Shown piece by piece: positions 56,883 to 64,000 of a stretch of 64,000 nt of DNA (its first letter is position 1; each line of letters begins with the position of its first letter). The DNA comes from a virus, in the IMG/VR virus record IMGVR_UViG_3300009702_000021, positions 19,008 through 83,007 of that record; one strand, given 5' to 3'. The notes beneath the pieces are model-generated. The model was not told where the DNA came from. It did not search any database and saw only the letters and a program-made list of their open reading frames with translations. The translations under genes and the position numbers were made by a program.

Positions 56883-56969
56883 GTTAGGAACCTACTAGAT
56901 ACTGCGCTCTCAGTTCAACCGTTTAATGGATTAGGCGGAAGATGCCTAGGATACGAGAGTCTCGGTCAG

Positions 56970-57515
56970 ATGCAGAAGAAGCGAGTGAAGAAGCGGGTGA
57001 AGTCGAAGAAGGTACGGAAGGCCCTCGGAGCCGGGTTGTCAGCAATTGCTGGTCTGGATGATGACCCGGATCCGCCTGAGACCCAGAAGGCCACGCCGAA
57101 GCGTCATGAGACTCAGAAGGCTACACCGAAGCGTCGCGTAAAGCGCCGGTCGAAGGCTCCTCCCAAGCCGTTCTTCGCTACCTGCGGAGTTTGCGGTACC
57201 GCAAACGTCGAGATCGCCTACACCGAGGCTGACGTCAACTGGGAGATCGCAGGACACCAGGACCACTACGAACGGCAGGTTGGCTCCTGCTGCTCCGGCT
57301 ACGTGATCGGTCGTGACCTACTCACTGCCGCCGTCCTCCGGGAGGTCTCGAGCCGCCTCAGGGGAGTCGACAGGACACATCACAAGCTTGAGAAGCTGCG
57401 CGAGGCTGTAGGTCCCGAGCTGGGTTTAACCCCCGGGGACCCCGGGGAGGCCCAGCTGATCCGATGGGCCGAGAAGGTCGGCGTTGAGTCGGAGTGGCTG
57501 GAAGCCTATACATGA
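56970..57515 (+). CDS. Hypothetical basic protein with a Zn ribbon
   Basis: Lys-rich N-terminus, duplicated ETQKATPKR, CGVC motif. Confidence 0.5.
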   Translation: MQKKRVKKRVKSKKVRKALGAGLSAIAGLDDDPDPPETQKATPKRHETQKATPKRRVKRRSKAPPKPFFATCGVCGTANVEIAYTEADVNWEIAGHQDHYERQVGSCCSGYVIGRDLLTAAVLREVSSRLRGVDRTHHKLEKLREAVGPELGLTPGDPGEAQLIRWAEKVGVESEWLEAYT

Positions 57516-57975
57516 GGAACGACGGTATCAGGAGATGTAGGCACGGGTTCCCTGTCACGACTATCCAGGACCGGGGCTGGATAGTCCCACAGGCTCCGTC
57601 GGAGTGTTCCGTCTGCATCCAGGAAGGGTGGTCTGGACCAGCATACCGACCCGGGAAGCCAGGTGAGGCGCCTAACCCGAAGATACCGCCTCCCGTGGTC
57701 ATGGACACCTGCCGGGTGACTAAGGGCTGCATCATCGTCATAGAGCAGGGCAAGCCCCATAGCGCTCCGTGCCTGGTCGATGATGACCCGGGCACGGAGC
57801 CCGATCACGGGTTCTATTCCCTATGCTTCACGGCGACTGGAAAGATGCACGCTATCGGGTCCTACAGCCCGAACTGGTCGGTAGCACTATGTGGGCAGAA
57901 GGGAACCCACTGGGGGATCTCGAAGGAACCCGGACACATCAACTGTAAGACCTGTAAGAAGCTGAGTGGACTCCA

Positions 57976-58722
57976 ATGACTAACGAAGCACCGTGGGAGG
58001 TCCTGACCCGGCGCACTGACGTCCCAAAGCTGACGTGGCTGATGAGGTCCCTGTCCAGGCTAGCAGTCCCACACAGGCTGAACGGGAGCAGCTTCCATGC
58101 ACCGATACTCGAGACGCGGGATGCCGAGCGTGCGAACCGTGTATTGACCCCGGTCGACAACCTCCCAGACGATGACGCGGCGTTCACCTCCGAGTCCAGC
58201 GCGTGGTGGATGCAGCACCTCCACGACGAGGAGATCGGGACCACCATCGGAGCTATCGGTGTCACCGCCCACGCAATCCGAGAGGTGATCGCCCAGGAGG
58301 TCTCCTGCCGTCTAGAGGGGGCACCGGTGGACGACTGCCCGTTTGCCTGTGGCGCGGTCCCGGAGTGCCCGGCCCAGCTCTGGACGGCCTGCCATCCGAT
58401 GGTCCGGCTTGAGACGTTCTGCCTATCCCTGGCTGAGGTCCTGCCGGTCCGGGACGACATTGCACGGCACGTCCAGGAGATGGTAGACGCACTGACGAAG
58501 GAGCACGGCCAGGAGGCACTGCTGCCTTCGATGCACGTCCTGGCGACGTGGTTCACCAACGACATGCTCGAGCTAGCCGCGGGACGGCGCTGTGACTACG
58601 AGGCCATTGCTGGCCTGGTCTCCGCTGAGCTAGTCCCGACCCAGGACGGTCTGGCCCCACTGAGGTCAGAGGTCAACTTTGACGAGGCTGTCCGGCATGG
58701 GTTCGAGCCGGACCAGAACTGA
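57976..58722 (+). CDS. Hypothetical protein
   Basis: 248 aa ORF with coupled start. Confidence 0.5.
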   Translation: MTNEAPWEVLTRRTDVPKLTWLMRSLSRLAVPHRLNGSSFHAPILETRDAERANRVLTPVDNLPDDDAAFTSESSAWWMQHLHDEEIGTTIGAIGVTAHAIREVIAQEVSCRLEGAPVDDCPFACGAVPECPAQLWTACHPMVRLETFCLSLAEVLPVRDDIARHVQEMVDALTKEHGQEALLPSMHVLATWFTNDMLELAAGRRCDYEAIAGLVSAELVPTQDGLAPLRSEVNFDEAVRHGFEPDQN

Positions 58723-60319
58723 TGGTGCGTGGTGACCTGGGGCTGGTCGAATGAATGAGGGGGTGCAGGATGTCTGCCAAGCGAGTACTACGGAAACGGG
58801 TAAGGATTCTCGAGCAGGAAGTGAAGTCGTTGAAGATCCTCGCGGTATCACAGGGGGCAGTGAACCTAGTCCTGTGCCAACTACTGGTCCAGCGCGGCGC
58901 GATCCGGCCCGAGGACGCCTCGCTCGTCTCCGCAGCCTACCGGGATCCAGGACCAGACCTCACGCCGGAACAGATCATGGAGTGGGCACGGACCCAGTTC
59001 TCCAGTGCCACGCGGCCCGGATGCGACGCCGAAAGGGAGGAGTGAGGGCCGTCACCCATGAGTGCCGGCAGGACGGGTGTCTGAAGCGCACCCGTGAGGG
59101 GAAGCCGTACTGCCCGGACCACGTCTACCTGAATCCGTACGTAGCCTCGTTGTTGGCTGACATGGAACGGATCGAGGTAGAGAAGCAGGCCCGGAAGGCA
59201 GTAGCAACTGGGCACGTTGCCCACGAGATCATGGTCGTCCTCTGGTCCAACAACGGGGTTGCGAGCGTCGAGTTGATAGCGCGGACAGCGGGGCTCGAGC
59301 GTGGCCTGGTAGTCAGGACGCTCCGGGCGATGGTGTCCGAGAAGCGAGTCATCCTCAAGCGGACTAACCGCGGGAGGACGATGGCGAAGTCGAAGGAACA
59401 GGACCCGATGAGGAGGCGACGTGGCTGAGACGAGGAGGCATTGATGGCTTGGATCGGTAGGACAGGTGACGTGCTGTATGCACTCGAGCTGGCTGGCGCT
59501 GAGAAGGACGAACAGGGACGCTTCCTGACCTCGGTCCAGGAGCCCGTTGGACCCGGTGACCCTCCGGCGTTCACCTACTCGGCGTTCATGGGCCGGGGAA
59601 GACGAGACAACGACATCTTGATCGGAGACAGCTTGCGGTACCGCAAGTCCGGTCACTGGCACCACGTCGTTGACCTGCTCAGCGGGACCGGGATGTCTGG
59701 AGTAAATGTTCTCTGATGGACTATCGGTGCGAGGCACTCACCAGGCTGGTGATCGATGCCGCAACTGGGTTCGAGTTCCACGGGGTGGACCGGGACGACT
59801 GCGGGTTCTGGGTCAGGGTCAGCCGAGATACCGACGAGTCCGAGGAGTGTCGCTGGGTGATCCACCGATTCCATGAGAGGCCCTGGTATCGGATCGCCGG
59901 TAGGGAATTCCCGTTCCAGAAACCGGCCGTGCTGTGTGAGCACAGCAGCCCCGAGATCAAGGGCCTGTTCTGGGCCCCGTGGCATCCTGAGGCGGCTCTG
60001 CCAGGTGATGACTCCTGGCTCCCGATCGGATACGAGAACCTCTACGAGGCCGTAGCCCACGCACTGCGGATCTGCCAAGGAGACGTGTTGGTGCCGGATC
60101 CCCCAGACTCGGAGGAGAACGAGTAGTGGTTGACGGCGAGGGCTGCTACCGATATTCCTGTACCGCTGAACGCGACCACGTCTGTCAGGTCTGCTCATGG
60201 TGGATCTGCATCAACGTGCACCACGTCGTCACCGATCACCGCCGATGTACCGTCCGGTGGACAGACGCCGTCCTGGGCCGAGGACCGGCCTGGCTCGTAG
60301 AAGCGGCTAGGGCCTCCCG

Positions 60320-61147
60320 ATGACCGACGCGACGACCTACGAGTGCCCACGCTGTGGCGCCGGACGGGCGAAGAACACGCCCTGCCTGTGTGGCCGAAAA
60401 GTGCTGCCGGTCAACAGCTTCTGCTGTTGTTCGTGTCCCTTCGCCGTCCCGGACGTCCGCGAGCTACGTTGTCAGCTCTGTGGCGGCTACCTGAAGATGG
60501 TCAACCTCCTCCGGGGCCCAGTCCAGACTACGCAGGTCAAGACCGCAACGGCCCGGCAATATTCGGGACACGTCAGGCTGAGGCGTAGCCGGGCAGTATC
60601 CCGGGACCACGACCGCGCCTGGGTATTCACCGACGGGGCTACCCGGGGCAGCTACGCTGCAGTCGTCCTCAGTCCAGGCCAGGAGCCCCTGCACCTCTCG
60701 CGGTTCGTGGGCCCGATGAACCTCCCACAGCGGAACGTGACGGCCGAGATGATGGGCGTCGCGCTCGGCTTGAACGCGGTCCCGGAGGGGTCGCGGGTTA
60801 TGGTAGTCAGCGACTACATGGGGACTGGATGCTGGCTCGCCGGCCAGTGGAAGATCAAGAACCCGGACGCCCTGCTGCGCCTCCGGCTGATCGCCCGCCT
60901 GATCCGTACGCGTGGCCTCGAGGTCTCGTTCATCCACCACAAGGGTCACCAGGTCGACGATACCGACTTCACTCGCTGGAACAACGCAGCTGACAAGCTC
61001 TGTGAGGAGGCTGCCGAGGAACGCTGCTGGTGTTCGTCCTGTGGGTCCCTCGAGGTTGAAGAGTGGGGTGAGTCCGGCCGGTACTGGATTCACTGCTACG
61101 CCTGCGGGCAGGACGGCCCAGACATGGAGGACACCGATGGCACGTAG
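60320..61147 (+). CDS. Ribonuclease H-like protein with flanking Zn fingers
   Basis: FTDGA, N..AE, SD, KGH, N..AD catalytic pattern. Confidence 0.8.
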   Translation: MTDATTYECPRCGAGRAKNTPCLCGRKVLPVNSFCCCSCPFAVPDVRELRCQLCGGYLKMVNLLRGPVQTTQVKTATARQYSGHVRLRRSRAVSRDHDRAWVFTDGATRGSYAAVVLSPGQEPLHLSRFVGPMNLPQRNVTAEMMGVALGLNAVPEGSRVMVVSDYMGTGCWLAGQWKIKNPDALLRLRLIARLIRTRGLEVSFIHHKGHQVDDTDFTRWNNAADKLCEEAAEERCWCSSCGSLEVEEWGESGRYWIHCYACGQDGPDMEDTDGT

Positions 61148-61694
61148 AATCACCGATACACCGATGCCCAGGAGGAGGACCCGGAAGACGATCTGCCTCG
61201 ACTTCGACGGCGTCGTCCACCTCTACCGGTCGGGCTGGCAGGGGTCAGTGACCGCGATCACCGACCCACCGACCCTGGGAGTCCGGGATGCGGTCGACAA
61301 GCTGCTCGGGAAGGGGTTTGACGTGAAGGTCTACTCGACCCGCTGTGCGGAGCCCCAGGGCTACCTGGCTGTCCAGAACTGGCTCAGGCGACACGAGATC
61401 CGTGCCGACGTAGCGCGCTCGAAGCCCCCCGCGGTGCTCTATGTCGATGACCGGGGGTACCGGTTCGACGGCGACTGGGACGCCCTGTTGGCGTTCGTAG
61501 ACCGACCTGAGAACCTCGATCCGTGGCAGGTAAGGGACCTAACACCAGAGGTCCCGACACTGAACGTCCTCCAGCGTCCTGGACTGATCGACCGCCTGAC
61601 CCGGGCCGGACTCCTGGACGACGAGACCGACCCGGAGCTGATCTCGATGCTCCAGCACATCGACCGCGAACTTGATGAGACTAGGAGGCAGTGA
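61137..61694 (+). CDS. HAD-family phosphatase
   Basis: LDFDGVV, STR, KP, YVDDR. Confidence 0.8.
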   Translation: MARRITDTPMPRRRTRKTICLDFDGVVHLYRSGWQGSVTAITDPPTLGVRDAVDKLLGKGFDVKVYSTRCAEPQGYLAVQNWLRRHEIRADVARSKPPAVLYVDDRGYRFDGDWDALLAFVDRPENLDPWQVRDLTPEVPTLNVLQRPGLIDRLTRAGLLDDETDPELISMLQHIDRELDETRRQ

Positions 61695-61913
61695 CGTGCC
61701 GGAGGGTGGGGAGGGAGCAGGACCGAGCCACTCGCTACCTCCCCACCCCGAGGCGCCCCAGAGACAGATGAGTGATCCGAACGAGGGAATATGGTCGGCG
61801 ATCCTACTATCAATCACCCTCCTGTTCTTGATAGCTACCGTGGGAGGAGCAGCCCTGGCCTGGGGGGTCTACGTCTACGACCTCACCAATCACCTGCTCC
61901 GGTAGGAAATCGG

Positions 61914-62927
61914 ATGACCGCCGGAAACTGCCGTCACTGTGGGACCGCGCTCGAACAGGCGAAGTACAGGAAACCGAGGACGTTCTGCGACCTACACTGC
62001 TTCATCCTGTTCGCGAAGGCTAACCCAGAGACCAAGCTCTGTAGTTGGTGCGGGAACGAGTTTGAGGATCCGCGGCGGCTGAGTCAGAATCGGTTCTGTT
62101 CTTCCCATTGTGCCCGGGATGACTACGCGTTCAGAGCTGACCCGGACCGGTCCTGTCGCTGGTGCCCACGCGAGCCGGGTGAGAACCGGATGCTGTCCCG
62201 GACGCAGTGCAGGACGTGCCACGCGAAGCGCGAACACTACGGGACGTGCCGTCACGGACACTGCGGCAGGATCCTACGCCCCCGGGGATTCGGCCGGCAG
62301 GGTCCAGGTCTGTACTGCCCCCGTCATGAAGGCCCGGACCTCTGGCACAGGATCACCGATTCGGTCCGGGTCCTGCTGGTGGACCGTCAGTCCGGGCTAC
62401 TCAGGATCTGTTATCGACTCAATTCTGGGAAGACTTCAACCCCCGAGTGGGACGGTCGGATCGGGCGGGCAGCCCAAGATCGCAGCGTGATCATGCTAGT
62501 AGACCGGGATGCATTCGTATCGCGCGAGACCCGCTGGGCCCTGGCGATAAAGGGGATATCGGACCCACGTCACCGACTAGACCGATATCCGTGGTCGATC
62601 TTCACCGTTGACGAGGTAGGGGGCAGAAATGGCGATCAGATACGCCGTTCCATCCGGGACGCGATGACTGCCTGTATCGCCGCCGGGTCGCCAGTATCAG
62701 CGGTGGGGTTTGGGGACCAGTTCAAGGATGCGACTACCATGACTACGAATCGTCGCTGGGAGCGGTTCAAGCACAGGATCGCCGATCTAGGTATCGAACA
62801 CCGACGTCTAGAGACACAGCAGGATAATAGCGTGCCAATTGCATTCGACGAGACCCAGTGGGAGTCGTGGATTGCATTCACCGACCAGCGAGTTCTCCAG
62901 CGCCAGGATAAATCACTATGGATATAG
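61914..62927 (+). CDS. Multi-Zn-finger hypothetical protein
   Basis: Repeated CxxC..FC..C motifs. Confidence 0.5.
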   Translation: MTAGNCRHCGTALEQAKYRKPRTFCDLHCFILFAKANPETKLCSWCGNEFEDPRRLSQNRFCSSHCARDDYAFRADPDRSCRWCPREPGENRMLSRTQCRTCHAKREHYGTCRHGHCGRILRPRGFGRQGPGLYCPRHEGPDLWHRITDSVRVLLVDRQSGLLRICYRLNSGKTSTPEWDGRIGRAAQDRSVIMLVDRDAFVSRETRWALAIKGISDPRHRLDRYPWSIFTVDEVGGRNGDQIRRSIRDAMTACIAAGSPVSAVGFGDQFKDATTMTTNRRWERFKHRIADLGIEHRRLETQQDNSVPIAFDETQWESWIAFTDQRVLQRQDKSLWI

Positions 62928-62992
62928 GACCGGAGTTCGTCCCCAGACACCGACGCAAGCTTGCGGTACCGCAAGCCGAGGAGACACCGATT

Positions 62993-63472
62993 ATGAAGAA
63001 GCAGCAGCTACGCCCGAGCTACTACAGGGTGACCGTCCCGGCCCGGAAGGTCGGCACGGAGGCCGGGGCACCGGATGAGTGGCTGGGCCCGGTCGAGGTC
63101 GAGTGCTTCGACTTGATCGACGCCCTCGGCCTTGGGTTCTACTCCGGGAACGTCCTGAAGTACCTGTTCCGCCTGGGACGGAAGACTAAGTCGATGCTGG
63201 ACGATGCGCGAAAGATCGCGACGTATGGGCAGCAGACGCTCGAGCGCGAGGTCCAGGACACCGATCAGGACACCGGTCAGCAGACGCTCGAGCCCGAGGT
63301 CCAGGACACCTTGCCCGTGGAACTGCAATGCGGAAAGCCATCCCAGTCAGGGCTGAATGTCGGCGGATGCGTCCGCTGGAATGGCCACAGCGGGGCGTGC
63401 AACTACGATCAGAACACCGATCCAGACCGGGACGCGTACACCTATGAGCGACGCCTCGATCCGCGCCACTAG
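62993..63472 (+). CDS. DUF3310-like protein
   Basis: PSYY...VEC.D.I...GF..GNVLKY..R.G.K...D..K; internal duplication GQQTLE.EVQDT. Confidence 0.7.
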   Translation: MKKQQLRPSYYRVTVPARKVGTEAGAPDEWLGPVEVECFDLIDALGLGFYSGNVLKYLFRLGRKTKSMLDDARKIATYGQQTLEREVQDTDQDTGQQTLEPEVQDTLPVELQCGKPSQSGLNVGGCVRWNGHSGACNYDQNTDPDRDAYTYERRLDPRH

Positions 63473-64000
63473 CCGTCTGTTGGCGGCGGACTGCACCGAC
63501 CCACACACCCGGGCCGCGGTGCTCGCGGGGATGGTTCGCGCCGGGCGCCTGGATCGCCGACGTGTCGCGCTCGCCAGTTACCTCGGCGACGAGGCCGCGC
63601 TGATGGTAGAGCCGGCGGCCCGGCTGGAGGTGCCGGACTATGCGACGGACTGGAGTCCTGCACAGCAGGTGTTACGGTTGGGTGGGCTACCCCAGGTCGA
63701 GCTCGTCCGCCTCGCGGCAGACTGCACCGAGCACGCGATTTTGTCAGTAAATTGCGGCCACGCGCAAGACGATATCGATGCAGCTATCGAGGCTGCCCGC
63801 GCGTGGGCGAGTTGCCCGTGCGAGGAACACCGGGCGGAGGCTGAGGCTGCTTCGTGGTCGGCTCGAGCGGTGTCTGCGGCGGCGTCTGCGGCGGCGTCTG
63901 CGGCGGTGTCTGCGGCTGAGGAAGCGGCGGCGTGGGCGGCGTGGGCGGCGTGGGCGGCTGCGGAGGCGGCGGCGTGGGCGGCGGCGTGGGCGGCAGAGTC
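63444..64000 (+). CDS. Ala-rich AAW-repeat protein (Imm5-like), 3'-truncated by the window edge
   Basis: LAADC.EH...AIEAARAW followed by AAWAA repeats; not in the ORF track because it runs off the edge. Confidence 0.6.
   Translation, partial: MSDASIRATSRLLAADCTDPHTRAAVLAGMVRAGRLDRRRVALASYLGDEAALMVEPAARLEVPDYATDWSPAQQVLRLGGLPQVELVRLAADCTEHAILSVNCGHAQDDIDAAIEAARAWASCPCEEHRAEAEAASWSARAVSAAASAAASAAVSAAEEAAAWAAWAAWAAAEAAAWAAAWAAE

Larger units (their letters stand above)
2223..62974. repeat. Dispersed 14-bp palindrome family TTGCGGTACCGCAA (about 26 copies)
   Basis: Exact copies start at 2223, 6050, 8664, 14749, 17059, 18468, 21739, 27123, 30719, 31834, 38552, 42680, 45535, 51656, 57191, 59633, 62961; one-mismatch copies at 10423, 24954, 30088, 34496, 37664, 40702, 48556, 48573; symmetric variant TTGCGGCGCCGCAA at 54513. 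Confidence 0.95.

Noticed and set aside
2223-62974. CRISPR array interpretation of the recurring palindrome
   Set aside because: Copies are kilobases apart and often inside genes; there are no 30-40 bp spacers and no cas genes
1-64000. Genome-wide TAG reassignment (genetic code 15)
   Set aside because: Many well-defined genes end in TAG directly before the next gene or a hairpin; only dnaB has an internal TAG
63860-64000. GCG-rich tandem repeats as a non-coding repeat or DGR element
   Set aside because: Explained by Ala/Trp codon repeats in a coding region; no reverse transcriptase in the window

Overview
GC-rich segment of a large tailed (contractile-tail, myovirus-like) phage or prophage genome, coded almost entirely on the + strand. 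1-12.1 kb is the end of the baseplate/tail module (spike C-terminus, LamG-gp25 fusion, baseplate J, tail protein I, collagen-containing fibre) followed by a 2OG-Fe(II) oxygenase and lipoproteins. 12.2-42.3 kb is a replication/recombination module: SNF2 helicase, DnaE, DnaB, primase Zn finger, MoxR AAA+/VWA pair, Ski2-like helicase, sigma factor, ParB-like protein, SSB, HIRAN, two tRNA genes, RuvC and RecA. 42.4-64 kb holds nucleases, repair genes and small accessory genes (split SbcC plus SbcD, HU, a Tad1-like protein, two UDG-family proteins, a DNA methyltransferase, RNase H, a HAD phosphatase). Three features stand out. (1) The 14-bp palindrome TTGCGGTACCGCAA recurs about 26 times (17 exact copies by my reading), roughly every 2-3 kb, between genes and inside genes in all three reading frames; a ParB-family protein in the window is a candidate binder. 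(2) There are five inteins. Two of them carry their homing endonuclease as a nested gene in the +1 frame, each downstream of a palindrome copy, and the DnaE one also has an internal extended -10 promoter and RBS. (3) DnaB has an in-frame amber codon, and there are atypical tRNA or tRNA-like elements. All protein calls come from motif recognition by eye, no database search was run, and coordinates were hand-counted.
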